From an uncultured Bifidobacteriaceae bacterium (GTDB lineage Bacteria; Verrucomicrobiota; Verrucomicrobiia; Limisphaerales; UBA11358): a stretch of DNA of 64,000 bases. Positions 18,573-28,464 of the stretch are shown here, in pieces. Under the pieces are notes generated by a model. That model worked only from the letters and a program-made list of their open reading frames with translations, ran no database searches and was not told where the DNA came from. The position numbers and the translations under genes were made by a program. Where the stretch lies: positions 15,459 to 79,458 of the forward strand of contig CAZHIM010000012.1 in assembly GCA_964532525.1 (NCBI GenBank), written 5' to 3'. Position 1 is the first letter of the stretch, and each line of letters begins with the position of its first letter.

Positions 18573-20753
18573 TCATATTTTTGGAACGAGCGTCATGCCG
18601 CAGATCGGGCATTTGCCGGGATGGTCCTGGATGATCTGCGGGTGCATGGGGCAGGTGTACTGTTGCATCGGTTGGACGGCGGCGGCGGGGGCGAGGGCCG
18701 GCTTGGACATGACGGGGATGAGGGTCATGCCACACAGGGGGCATTTGCCGGGCTTGTCTTCGTGGACGCTGGCGTGCTCGGGCATGGGGCAGGTGTAATA
18801 GAGCACGGTGCCGCCGGGCTGGATTTTTTTCAGCGCGGAGGCCGTGACGGGCACCAGCGCCATGCCGCAAATCGGGCAATTGCCCGGGTGATCATAGACG
18901 ATGGAGACGTGCTCGGGCATGGGGCAGACGTAGACGGTGGCTTCGGGCCCGGCCGGCGCGGAGACGGCCACCGCGGGTGCGGCGGCAAAGCTGTCCGGGA
19001 CGGTGGGGGAAGTGGCCGCCGGCGTGGCGCCGCGCATCTTGTCAATCGCCTCGCGCAACTGGCTTTCGGAATCCAGCAGGAACTGGCCGGAGGTGACAAT
19101 GCGGTCACCGGCGTTGAGGCCGCGAACCACTTGGATCATGCCGTCGCCGGTCTCGACGCCCAGGGCCACGTCGCGGGCCTCGAAGCGGCCCTGGTCCAGG
19201 GCCACGAAGACGGTGTTGCGGTCGCCGCTGCGCAGGATGGCGGAGTCCGGGGCCAGGAGGGCCGGGCCGGGCATCTCGGCCTGAATTTGGGCGGAAACGA
19301 ACATGCCGGGCTTGAGAAAATAGCCGGGATTTTCGAACTCGAGCCGCACGCGCGCGGTGCGGGTTTTCTCGTCCACGGTGGGATAGATGTAGGTGACGCG
19401 CCCGCGAAATTCGCGATCCGGCAGCGAGGACACCTTGACGACCGCTTCCTCGCCGAGCTGCACGAAGGGCAGGTCCTGCTCATAGATCTGGGCGAGCACC
19501 CAGACGATGCCGAGATCGGCGATGCGATAGAGTTGCGCGCCGGCATCCACCATCTGGCCCTGGACGATGTTTTTCTCGATGACGAAGCCCGAAATGGGGG
19601 CGGCCACGGACAGGGCCTTGCGCGCAACGCCGCTCTTTTCGAGGTCCGCGATTTGGGCGTCCGAGACGTCGAAGAACTTGAGCTTGCTCGCGGCCGTCTC
19701 GCGGAGTTCCACGGCGCCGGGGTCGTTCGTGGCGCCGGCATTGCGGGCGAGGAGATATTCGGCCTCGGCGCTGTAAAGCTCGGGCGAATAAATCTCGAAC
19801 ATGGGTTCGCCGCGGTGGACGAGCTGGCCGGTGGCGTCCACGTTCAGGTTTTCGATCCAGCCCTTGAACTTGGTGGTGACGTCGGCCAGCGCGGTTTCGT
19901 TGTAATCAATGGTGCCGACGGTGCGGATGGTTTTGCTGAGCGGGCCGGTGCCGACGATGGCGGTGCGCAGGTTCATGTTTTGCGCGGTGGCGGCATCCAC
20001 GGCGATGGTCGGCGGGCCGGCGTTGGTGGCGCCCTCGCGGGCGGCTTCGCCGCGGATGGGCGTGAGTTTCATGCCGCAAATCGGGCAGTTGCCGGGATGA
20101 TCCTGGATGATCTGCGGGTGCATGCCGCAGGTGTAAAGAGTCTTGCCCGGCGCCGGCGCGGGGATGTCGGCGCGGGCGGGGGTCAACGGCAGGCTCACGG
20201 CGAAGAAAGCCAGAGCAATCAGGATGAGAATTCCCCAAAAAGAGGTTCGCGCTTTGAATCCCTGACCCGGAGCGCGGCGTTCACGCCGCTTCAATATGCA
20301 AAGGTCTCGCAGCATAGGAAGTTGAAGCGGACCCTTTTGCGGAGCCGCTCGGAGTCGATTCAATGGAGAATCTGGGTGAGCATGCTTCATGGCATCGGAG
20401 GCCCTGAATTTAAATAGTTTAACGCTTACCCTCACCCCGGTTCTCTCCCCCGGGGAGAGGGAGAACTCGTTTCCGCGAATCGGCGATATGCTCGCGCTGG
20501 ATCTGCCGCGGTTCAGGGGTTCAATGCGCGAAATGGATCGGGGAATTCTCTCCTGGAACCTTGAAGCAAATTTAGTGTTAAGAAGTCCGCCCTCACCCCG
20601 GCCCTCTCGATGAACCCGGAAAACATTCAACATTCGACATTCAACTTCCAACCCTGAACGAAGGCGGCAGCGCGAGTCCTTTCGATATTGGGCGTTGAAT
20701 GTTGAACGTTGAATGTTTCTCTTGCGGTTCATGGGCAGGGTGTTCGCTTTCAC
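18573..20753 (-). CDS. cusB: CusB-family RND periplasmic adaptor with four YxCxM(H)P heavy-metal-binding domains and a repeat-derived N-terminal extension
   Basis: [29 protein letters not shown]; YTCGMHP, YVCPMP, YTCPMP, YTCPMHP. GTG start overlaps the cusC TGA. True start uncertain. Confidence 0.9.
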   Translation of the reverse strand: MKANTLPMNRKRNIQRSTFNAQYRKDSRCRLRSGLEVECRMLNVFRVHREGRGEGGLLNTKFASRFQERIPRSISRIEPLNRGRSSASISPIRGNEFSLSPGERTGVRVSVKLFKFRASDAMKHAHPDSPLNRLRAAPQKGPLQLPMLRDLCILKRRERRAPGQGFKARTSFWGILILIALAFFAVSLPLTPARADIPAPAPGKTLYTCGMHPQIIQDHPGNCPICGMKLTPIRGEAAREGATNAGPPTIAVDAATAQNMNLRTAIVGTGPLSKTIRTVGTIDYNETALADVTTKFKGWIENLNVDATGQLVHRGEPMFEIYSPELYSAEAEYLLARNAGATNDPGAVELRETAASKLKFFDVSDAQIADLEKSGVARKALSVAAPISGFVIEKNIVQGQMVDAGAQLYRIADLGIVWVLAQIYEQDLPFVQLGEEAVVKVSSLPDREFRGRVTYIYPTVDEKTRTARVRLEFENPGYFLKPGMFVSAQIQAEMPGPALLAPDSAILRSGDRNTVFVALDQGRFEARDVALGVETGDGMIQVVRGLNAGDRIVTSGQFLLDSESQLREAIDKMRGATPAATSPTVPDSFAAAPAVAVSAPAGPEATVYVCPMPEHVSIVYDHPGNCPICGMALVPVTASALKKIQPGGTVLYYTCPMPEHASVHEDKPGKCPLCGMTLIPVMSKPALAPAAAVQPMQQYTCPMHPQIIQDHPGKCPICGMTLVPKI
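20269..20717. repeat. Stack of at least four repeat types within the cusB 5' region
   Basis: GGAGCGCGGCGTTCACGCCGCTTCA (20269-20293); CCCTCACC..GGGGAGAGG (20428-20466, 20590-20608); GGTTCAGGGGTTCAATGCGCG (~20510-20530); inverted AACATTC/GTTGAAT heptamer arrays (~20622-20651, ~20694-20717). Confidence 0.8.
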
Positions 20754-22114
20754 GGTGGGGAGGCCAGGGAAACCGCCGGCGGCGCGGCCAATACGGGCGC
20801 GCCCGCGGGCGGCACGCCGGCAATGGTGAGGGACAAATCAGCCAGGGTAATTTCGCGGCGCGTGCGTTCCTGGACGTCCTCAAGCTGGAAGTTCAGCCAG
20901 GTGCGCTCGGCGTCCAGCAGGTTGAAGAAATCCACCTGGCCGGAGCGGTAACCGGCGCGCGCGATCTCCAGGGACTGGCGCGACTTGGGGATGAGCTGGT
21001 GTTCGAGCAGCGCAAGGTTGCGGGTGATTTCTCGGTAATCGTAGGCGCGCGCGGCGAAGTCCACCGCGAGATTGATTTGCTCCGTGGTCAGGCGGGCGGT
21101 GGCGGCGGCCTTGTCGGCTTGGGCGGCGGCGATTTCGGCGGCGATTTTGTCGCGCCAAATCGGGAGCGTCATGCTGGCCTGGGGCCAGTAGAACGGCGGA
21201 TGATAGACTTCAGCCTGGAGGCCGGCGGAAAAATCGGGCGTACGGGACAGGCGGGCTTGGGCGAGGGAGGCTTCGGCTTGGCGCACCTCGGCGGCAGCGG
21301 CCAGCAGGCGCGGATTGCGGGCGAACCCGGCGGCCAGCAAGTCATCGGCGTTCACGTCGGGCGAGCTTTCAAAAGTGGCGGGCAGCGGGGGGGCCGGCTG
21401 GCCGGGGGTGAGGCCGAGGGCGGCCTTGAACTGGGCCAGGAGCAGGTGGCGGGAGTCCTCGAGATTGGTGATGGTGGTGGTGAGCTGGTCGCGCTCGATT
21501 TGGGCGCGGTACACGTCCTGCAGGGTGGCCTTGCCCACTTCATTTTGCGAGCGGGCGGAGGATTCCAGGCTGGCCAGCAGGGCGAGGGTCTGGCGGTTGA
21601 TGCGGATGCGCTCGTCCAGGAAATGGAGATTGTAATAGGCGCTCTTGAGGTCGAAGGCGGTTTGCAGGACGGCGGACTCGAAGGTGAAATATTTGGCGCG
21701 GCTTTCGGCGGTGGCCACGGCGGCGGCGGCGGGGAGCTTGCCCGGGCCGGGCAAATCCTGCATCAAGCCGGGCATGAGCGAGGTGAGCTTGTCCTGAATG
21801 TAGGCTTGAAAGGTGAGCTTGGGGTCCGGCAGCGAGCGCTCCACCGTGATGCGCTCGACGGACCCGGCCCAGTCGGCAAACGCGGCGGCGACGGCGGGCG
21901 AATCCAGCACCGCGTAGGCGAGGAAGTTGCTCAAGCCCGCGTCCGGGGCCAGCACCGGCAGGGTGCGCGGGTCCGGGCGGGGCTGGTACCGGGCGGCGAC
22001 GGCCGCGAGGTCGCGCCGGGCGGATTGCTCGCCGGCGGTGGGCGTGCCGCGGCAACCGGCGCCAATCACGACGACGGACAAGCCGGCCAGGAAGAGCTGG
22101 CAGAGACGTTTCAC
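20750..22114 (-). CDS. cusC: TolC/CusC-family outer membrane efflux lipoprotein
   Basis: Lipobox VIGAGC; SLPDPKL, AGYRSGQVDFFNLLDAER; first structural gene upstream of cusBA. Confidence 0.85.
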   Translation of the reverse strand: MKRLCQLFLAGLSVVVIGAGCRGTPTAGEQSARRDLAAVAARYQPRPDPRTLPVLAPDAGLSNFLAYAVLDSPAVAAAFADWAGSVERITVERSLPDPKLTFQAYIQDKLTSLMPGLMQDLPGPGKLPAAAAVATAESRAKYFTFESAVLQTAFDLKSAYYNLHFLDERIRINRQTLALLASLESSARSQNEVGKATLQDVYRAQIERDQLTTTITNLEDSRHLLLAQFKAALGLTPGQPAPPLPATFESSPDVNADDLLAAGFARNPRLLAAAAEVRQAEASLAQARLSRTPDFSAGLQAEVYHPPFYWPQASMTLPIWRDKIAAEIAAAQADKAAATARLTTEQINLAVDFAARAYDYREITRNLALLEHQLIPKSRQSLEIARAGYRSGQVDFFNLLDAERTWLNFQLEDVQERTRREITLADLSLTIAGVPPAGAPVLAAPPAVSLASPP

Positions 22115-22191
22115 GGTTTGCGTAACTGTAATAAAACGGCGCGCGAACAGGCCTTCCGCGCGCCGGGCTGACGAAATGACGCTGGCTGCCG

Positions 22192-22533
22192 TTATTTCTT
22201 GTCGGCGGCGCGAATCAATTTGACGTATTTATCGGGGTTCTTGTCAAAATCCTTTTTGCAGCTCTTGCAGCACAATTTGATTTCCTGGCCTTGATACACG
22301 AAGACATAGGGCGCGCCCATGTCGCCGTTGAGCTTGTCGCCGGAGACGGGGCAGGTGGCCAATTTGTCGGGGATGGCGTTGGTAGTGGACTCGGCCACGG
22401 TGGACATACCGCTGCAGCAGGACATGGAGCACGTCATCGCCGCGTTGGTGTCGGCGGCGGTGGCGGTGGGGGCGAGGGCCGCGACGCCGAGGGCGCAGGC
22501 GGCCAGGAGCAGGCATTGATTCATTTTTTTCAT
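22192..22533 (-). CDS. Small secreted YHS/TRASH-like metal-binding protein
   Basis: Signal peptide; MTCSMSCCSGM; CPVSG...IKLCCKSCKKDFDKNPDKY. Confidence 0.75.
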   Translation of the reverse strand: MKKMNQCLLLAACALGVAALAPTATAADTNAAMTCSMSCCSGMSTVAESTTNAIPDKLATCPVSGDKLNGDMGAPYVFVYQGQEIKLCCKSCKKDFDKNPDKYVKLIRAADKK

Positions 22534-22760
22534 AGATTCAGGCAAATGTCGGATATTGTCGCGTTCGTAGCGATCCATCGGCTTACACCGGTGCCGGGGA
22601 AACCCCGCAAACTTTTTTTACATATTTCCGGCGCTGATGAAGGACATTATCAGGGCTTTAAAAATAAGCAAGCCGGGCGGGGCGGGTGGGCCGCGTCTCA
22701 GGGGAGGGCAATCGGCCGCGCGAAGTCATCTGCCGCTTTCCAAGGACCTGTGCCCGCACG

Positions 22761-22796
22761 AAAGCGGCGTGGCGCTGCGCTTCCCGCCGCAGTCCA
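22761..22796 (+). repeat. AAAGCGGCGTGGCGCTGCGCTTCCCGCCGCAGTCCA REP-like element
   Basis: Imperfect palindrome in the intergenic gap, with a degenerate GCCGCTTT partner just upstream. Confidence 0.55.
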
Positions 22797-22855
22797 TGAC
22801 GCCCCGCGTCATTCTCAAACCGGTTTAACCGGCCTTGGGCGCGCCCCGCGACTGA

Positions 22856-23674
22856 TTAGTTATGCTGCATCCGGCCCGGTTCCTCCGCCCCGGCCGCCCA
22901 CAGAATGGAATTGCGAACAAGGGTCTGGTAGGCGTCGTTCTCGAACAGGCTGGGATGATGGCCCATGAGGATATAGATATTGCGGGCCTTCATCTTGGGA
23001 TTGGTCCAAATGACGGGATGGTCCCCCATTTTGATGTCGGACGCCGGCTGGTAAGACGATTCATCCACATGGGCCAAGACATGCACATTGGGGCGGGGAT
23101 CCTTGTCATAGGTGTACCATTCCTCCTCCTTGACCACGAAGGTTGCGGGCACGCTCTGCAAGCTCGGATGGGCCGCGTCCTCCACCACCACGGTGCCCGA
23201 CACCCGCTTGGCGATGTAGCTCTTGAAACGAATCCCGCCCATGAAATCCGAAAACCACGGCCACATGGGGTAGCCATCAAACTCGCCCAGCAAGGTGGCG
23301 TGGTGGAAACCCACCCAGCCGCCCCGGCCTTGCTCGATATAATCCTGAAAGGCCGCCTTGGCTTCGTCGCTCCAGCGGTACGGCGGATAGTTGAGTTGAA
23401 TAAACACCTGGTAGCGGGCCAGGAAGGCCTTGTTGAAGCCGTCCGGATTCTCAAAAACATCCAGCGCGAAATGGTCCTTGGCGGCGGTGGTCTTGAGCCA
23501 GGCGAGCGCGGCCACCACATACGCTTCGTGCTGGTCGCCGCGTTCCGCCAGCACCAGGGCGCGAAACCGGTTGGTGGCGGTTTGCGCGGAGACCGGCAAG
23601 GTGGTCAGGGCCAAAATGCCGGCGGCCAGTGGAATGGCCGCGATGAACTTAGCGAGGTTTGATTTCATGCTCAT
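22856..23674 (-). CDS. ThuA-domain secreted protein
   Basis: GGWVGFHHA, EEWYTYDKDPR, VDESSY, DHPVIW, MGHHP; ATG overlaps the GH9 stop (ATGA). Confidence 0.85.
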   Translation of the reverse strand: MSMKSNLAKFIAAIPLAAGILALTTLPVSAQTATNRFRALVLAERGDQHEAYVVAALAWLKTTAAKDHFALDVFENPDGFNKAFLARYQVFIQLNYPPYRWSDEAKAAFQDYIEQGRGGWVGFHHATLLGEFDGYPMWPWFSDFMGGIRFKSYIAKRVSGTVVVEDAAHPSLQSVPATFVVKEEEWYTYDKDPRPNVHVLAHVDESSYQPASDIKMGDHPVIWTNPKMKARNIYILMGHHPSLFENDAYQTLVRNSILWAAGAEEPGRMQHN

Positions 23675-25542
23675 TTCGAGGACATGGCGGCCACGGCTTG
23701 GAGGAACCAAGCGGAATGGGGTATCCATTGTTCCGTCCAGCGCCATTCGTTGCCTTGGGCGTGGGTTTTAAAGTCGATCCCTGAACCGTCCGGCCGGCCG
23801 TCCTGGCCGGTGATGCCGTTGGAGATGCCGCCGCGGCCGGAGCCGTGGCCAAAATTCGACTTCATATAGGGGACGTTGTTTTTCCCGAACTGATACATGA
23901 AACACAGGTCGTACGGATTTTCCCCCAATATCCAGTTGATCTGGTCGCTGGCAAAACCGGCCAGTTCGGTTTTGACGCCGAAGGCGCCGGGTCCGGGGTA
24001 AACCAGCCGCCCGCCCACGATGGCCGCCGTGGCCAGCGATGCCAGACGCGCATTTTCCCCCTGCCACCACCAGCCACTTTCGTTTTCATGCGGTATGAAA
24101 AAACCGTCCTGCACTTGCCCCCGGAACAGGAAGCTCTGCCGCGCGTAGCCGAAAGGATTGATCACCTGGCGGGTGACTCGCAAATTGTAGTCCAACGCCT
24201 GCCGGATGGTGGTGAGCGCCAGCTTCCGCAACGCCGGGTCATCTTCCCGCTGCAAATACCGCGCCAGCGCGATCACCGGCAGCCCGGCGTCGGACGCGTG
24301 CCAGAAGGGGCGGTGGGAATCATCGGCGATAAAATAACCTGCGGGCGTCATTCGGGCGGCCAGGTTTTTTGCGCGTTTGCGCGCGGCGTCACGATAGATC
24401 CCCTGCTCGGTCGTCATCCACAATTCGGAAGCCGCCATCAGCGCACAGTAGTCGTCGATGATGTTTTCCTTGCCGTCATCGTCGTATTTAAGGTTGTTGG
24501 CCTGTAAATGCGCAAACGCCATTTCCGCGCCTTCCAAATATTGCCGCGAGGAAAATTCCCCGTCCCGGTGCCACCGCGAAATGCGGGCCAGCGCCGCGAT
24601 GGCCATGCCGCCCCCTTCGCGAAAGGCGCATTGGTAATCGGATGTGGTCTTGCTGTTCGCCAGCAATCCCACCACCCGCCGCGCCTCGGGATCCTTATTA
24701 AAATAGCTGAACACTGTCATGTAGAAGTAGCCGTCGGGCGACAGCGAACGCCTGAGATAGTCCGCGCCATAGAGCGCCTCGCCCATCAGCGGCGCTTTTG
24801 CCTGCAAGCCGTCCAGCAGGGCGGGAGCCGTGTCCACGACGTCAACCATGGACCAAACGACCAGCGGGGTTTGCTGGGGCGACATGAAATTGGCGTAGGC
24901 CAGATGGGAAAAGTATTTGCTGACGTCCCCCGAGGCGTCGCACCAGCCGCCCCGCAAATCAACCCGGTTCGTACTGCCGAACAGCAGCACGTGCGCGTCG
25001 GCCTGCAATTCTTCCGGCGAATTGGCCCGCTGGTGGCGGTAAAATTGGATGATGGCCGGCACGGTTTGCGCCGCCAGCGCCTGGGTCCCGATTTCGAAGT
25101 CAAAGGAGCGGTATTCTTTTCCATCCGCATCCGCCACGAGCCTGAAATGTCCCGCCGTCCGCAAGGCGGAGAAATCCGCCCGATAAAAATATTTGCCGGG
25201 GAACCATTCGGCACACTCCTGACCGCCCGCCAACGTCCCCTCGAACACGGTTTCCGAAGTCAGCGCGTTCTGGATGCGAAACCGGCCGGATGCCGCCAGC
25301 CGGCGGGGCGTTTCGAGCACGGCAAACTTGGGGGCGGTTTGATCGTAGGCCACCTGGTTCACATGGATCACCACGTCTGCCGGCGGGGTTGGTGGCTGGC
25401 TCGTTTCCAGCGGGGCGGGGTTATCGGCTGCGAGCGCTGGGAAAAAAGCAAATGCGATCACCGCGAAGACCACGAAACCGGCCGCCCGTGGCCAGGCCCG
25501 GCGAGAGGCGAAGGAAGAGCACATCGAGACGTGAGCCGGCAT
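23671..25542 (-). CDS. Glycoside hydrolase family 9, resembling the exo-beta-glucosaminidase subgroup
   Basis: HVNQVAY, DLRGGWCDASGDVSKY, ENIIDDYCAL, WWQGENARLASL, WRWTEQWIPH. Confidence 0.85.
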   Translation of the reverse strand: MPAHVSMCSSFASRRAWPRAAGFVVFAVIAFAFFPALAADNPAPLETSQPPTPPADVVIHVNQVAYDQTAPKFAVLETPRRLAASGRFRIQNALTSETVFEGTLAGGQECAEWFPGKYFYRADFSALRTAGHFRLVADADGKEYRSFDFEIGTQALAAQTVPAIIQFYRHQRANSPEELQADAHVLLFGSTNRVDLRGGWCDASGDVSKYFSHLAYANFMSPQQTPLVVWSMVDVVDTAPALLDGLQAKAPLMGEALYGADYLRRSLSPDGYFYMTVFSYFNKDPEARRVVGLLANSKTTSDYQCAFREGGGMAIAALARISRWHRDGEFSSRQYLEGAEMAFAHLQANNLKYDDDGKENIIDDYCALMAASELWMTTEQGIYRDAARKRAKNLAARMTPAGYFIADDSHRPFWHASDAGLPVIALARYLQREDDPALRKLALTTIRQALDYNLRVTRQVINPFGYARQSFLFRGQVQDGFFIPHENESGWWWQGENARLASLATAAIVGGRLVYPGPGAFGVKTELAGFASDQINWILGENPYDLCFMYQFGKNNVPYMKSNFGHGSGRGGISNGITGQDGRPDGSGIDFKTHAQGNEWRWTEQWIPHSAWFLQAVAAMSSK

Positions 25543-25551
25543 GATGAGTTG

Positions 25552-26673
25552 CTAGCGGGTGGGATACAGCGCGATGACTTTCTTCAGCTTCATCGAATCA
25601 ATCGCCCCCATTTGGCGCTGAATGATTTTGCCGCCGGGCGCGACTAAAATTGTGTAAGGGAAGCCGCCCTGCCATTCCGGGTCCAAGGCGTTCGCCAGGG
25701 CGTCCAGGTCCTTGCCGTCAAAAATATAATTGCGCGCCGCGACGTGTCGTTGCTGGAGGGCGGCGAGGGCTTTGCCTTTGCGGTCCGGGTCGTCCCCGCT
25801 GATTGTGATCACCTCGAAGTTGCCGTTGCGGTACATGCGGTTCAGGGTCACAAATTCCGGAAGCTCGATCAGACAGGGTCCGCATGTGGTGGCCCAGACA
25901 TTGATCAGCAGCAGGTTCGGCGTGTTGTTCGTCACCAATGCCTTGACTGCTGGCGCGTCAATGGACTGCAGCGTCACCGGTTCCTGCTCCATGGCGGCCA
26001 GCTCCCGCGCGGCGGCGGCCCGCTTCTCCGACCATTTGATGGAACAGCCAAAGGTCCGGGTCTTTTCCACGGGCACGGGTTTTCCAGCCAGCAGGGCATC
26101 CAGGGCATCCCGGGCGTCCTGCTTGGTCACCTCGCTGATTTTTTCGGAATTGTCAATGCGCCCGACATACCGGAGCTTGCGCGCCGCATCGAAGATGAAC
26201 ATGTGCGGGGTGGAGACCGGCCCGTAGGCGCGGCTGACTTTCTGGCTGTCGCCATCGTAAAGGTAGGGGAAATTGAACCCCCGCTCCTGGGCGCGGATCT
26301 TCAATTCGTCAAAGGAGTCGCCGAGGTCCGAGTAAACCAGTTCGCTCAAACTGAGCGCCTGGGGATCGTTGGGGGCGATGCCGACGAACGCCACCCCTTT
26401 GTCCTGGTAATCCTTGACCATCTGCATGATCCGCCCTTCGTAGGCCTGCGCCGTCTTGCAATGGTTGGCGGTAAAAAAGACGACCAAAATTTTGGCCCCG
26501 GCATAATCTTGCAGGGAATGGTTGCGGCCATCAATTCCCGGCAGGGTAAAGTCCGGCGCCGCGGCACCAATCGGCAAAGTCTTGATCATGCCTTCGTCGC
26601 CCCGGGCCAGACTGACCGCGAACATCAGCGTCGTCAGGGCCACCGCGAAGCACCGTCTCCGAGATTGCTTCAT
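25552..26673 (-). CDS. Two-domain redoxin (AhpC/TSA-like + TlpA-like)
   Basis: APDFTLPGIDG...ANHCKTAQAYE...RYVGRID; second domain NVWATTCGPC. The upstream part of the tracked 556-aa ORF is not protein-like. Confidence 0.85.
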   Translation of the reverse strand: MKQSRRRCFAVALTTLMFAVSLARGDEGMIKTLPIGAAAPDFTLPGIDGRNHSLQDYAGAKILVVFFTANHCKTAQAYEGRIMQMVKDYQDKGVAFVGIAPNDPQALSLSELVYSDLGDSFDELKIRAQERGFNFPYLYDGDSQKVSRAYGPVSTPHMFIFDAARKLRYVGRIDNSEKISEVTKQDARDALDALLAGKPVPVEKTRTFGCSIKWSEKRAAAARELAAMEQEPVTLQSIDAPAVKALVTNNTPNLLLINVWATTCGPCLIELPEFVTLNRMYRNGNFEVITISGDDPDRKGKALAALQQRHVAARNYIFDGKDLDALANALDPEWQGGFPYTILVAPGGKIIQRQMGAIDSMKLKKVIALYPTR

Positions 26674-26953
26674 GAAACCGCCGATGACAACCGATAGAAA
26701 ACTCATATTCATGCTCTTTTCGCCGGTCGATCCGGCCGTTCGGAGAACCCTACAAAACAACCGGCGCGAAAGCAACCGGCGCAAAACTCCTGGATGCGTC
26801 AGACGGTGGAATTCCATCGATACTCGCGGTTTGCCAAGGGGCAGCCGGCGATCACGGAGCACCGGCGGGTTGCGGTTTTGTTGAAAACCTTTGACAGAAA
26901 TTCGAATGTGCGATTTGATGAAGGCATCGCCGCAGTTGGCCTTTAACGTCGAT

Positions 26954-27250
26954 ATGAAAGCTCGCTCAATGTTCATGCTGTCCCTGATTCTGGTGATTGG
27001 AGCCTTGCCCTTGATGCTTGCAGGACGGGGCCAGTTTAATGAGGCTTTTCGGGCGTGGCACAGTGGCGATAAAGAGCTTTTTCGGCAGTTTGCCCGTCGA
27101 GGCGATTGGTTTATTTTCCCTGCATGGACACTAGCAGCAGGAGGCGTTGCTTGCCTGTTCGCCTCGTACCGCAGACGCGAGCCCGCTTGGCGTTGGATCG
27201 TGTTGATCCTGCTTGGGTTCATCCTCCTTTTCGGGCTTGCACCCGCATGA
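26954..27250 (+). CDS. Small hydrophobic hypothetical membrane protein
   Basis: Three hydrophobic segments; visibly lower GC than neighbours. Confidence 0.5.
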   Translation: MKARSMFMLSLILVIGALPLMLAGRGQFNEAFRAWHSGDKELFRQFARRGDWFIFPAWTLAAGGVACLFASYRRREPAWRWIVLILLGFILLFGLAPA

Positions 27251-27509
27251 AACCCAAGTCCAACTTTTAGCAGGGGTCAGGCCTTAGTTCGGTGTGTTTT
27301 CGGAGCCGGCGCGGAAACCAATCACCAAAAAGATCGGGCCAAGCAAAGGACCCAAACTAAGGCGTGCCCAATATCAGTTCTGCCGGCTGCACCCGGTTGA
27401 GCGTATTGTTTTTACTCCCGCCATAATCGTCCTTATTTTGCCAACAAGGGTTCACGGCGCATGGTTATCGGTGCATTCCCACTTTACATTTAGCCGTCTA
27501 TATGTAAAT

Positions 27510-28409
27510 CCGGATCCCAGCCGGTTGTTGAAGATCGGCGCGGATGGTTTTCCCCGGCTGAAAATCCTGGCAACCGGATCTTCCACGCTGGCGGCCACGC
27601 AGAAGTTTCGCGACAGCCTGACCGGGCGCAAGCGCGTGGTCCAGCTAACGCCGGTGTTGCATGAGGAATTGCCGGCCTTTGGGGTGATGGATTTGCGGGA
27701 GCGGTTGCTGCGCGGCGGCTTGCCGCCCGCCTTGCTCTCCGAAAAACACAATCCTGAGTTCTACGCCGAGTGGCGGGATTCTTATTTTGCGCGGGACGTG
27801 CAGGAACTGTTTCGCTCGGAGAAGCGCGCGGGATTTCTGCGCGTGTTGGAATTATTGATGTGCCAAAGCGGCGGGATGCTCAATGTGTCCAAGCTGGCCG
27901 CCGAAAGCCAAATCAGCCGGCCTACGGTCGCGAACTGGCTGGAGGTTTATCAAATTACGCATGTCGCGCATCTGGTGCGTCCGTTCTCAGCCGGCGGACG
28001 GCGAGAAATCGTGGCCCAGCCCAAGGTGTTTGGATTCGACACGGGGATGGTTTGTCACGCGCGCGGATGGGATCATTTGCGGAACGACGACTGCGGGATT
28101 CTTCGGGAGCATCTGGTGCTGGACACGCTCATCGCGGGCGGAGTGTCCGAACCCCACTTCTGGCGCGACAAACAGCAACGCGAAGTGGACTTCGTCGTGC
28201 CGTTGGGGAGGGACCGGGTTGACGCCATTGAATGCAAATGGAAACCGCAGGTATTTGAAACCCGAGGGTTGGCGGCGTTTCGTGCGCAATATCCCAAAGG
28301 CAGAAACTTTGTGGTGAGTCCGCTGACGAGTCCGGCGTATGAGCAGATCCAAGGCGGCCTGAAAATCTCGTTTGTTTCGCCCGGACAATTGCGCCTGGCG
28401 ATGGCCTGA
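27510..28409 (+). pseudogene. 5'-truncated AAA+/DUF4143 ATP-binding protein
   Basis: Similarity starts at PDPSRLLKIGAD...ILATGSS and continues to PKVFGFDTG, HFWRDKQQREVDFVV, AIECK; Walker A/B region and start codon absent. Confidence 0.75.
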
Positions 28410-28464
28410 TTTCCATTCGCTTCGGGACTCCGGCGATTCGTTCGGCGGCCTTGTTCAAATGGAT

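Noticed and set aside
20622-20717. CRISPR-like or VNTR array
   Set aside because: Only 7-bp tandem units with no spacers and no cas genes.
27255-27415. Integron attC after the small ORF (GTCCAAC...GCTGCACC/GGTTGAGC...GTT)
   Set aside because: Box spacing is wrong, R' is not GTTRRRY, there is no cassette array and no integrase.
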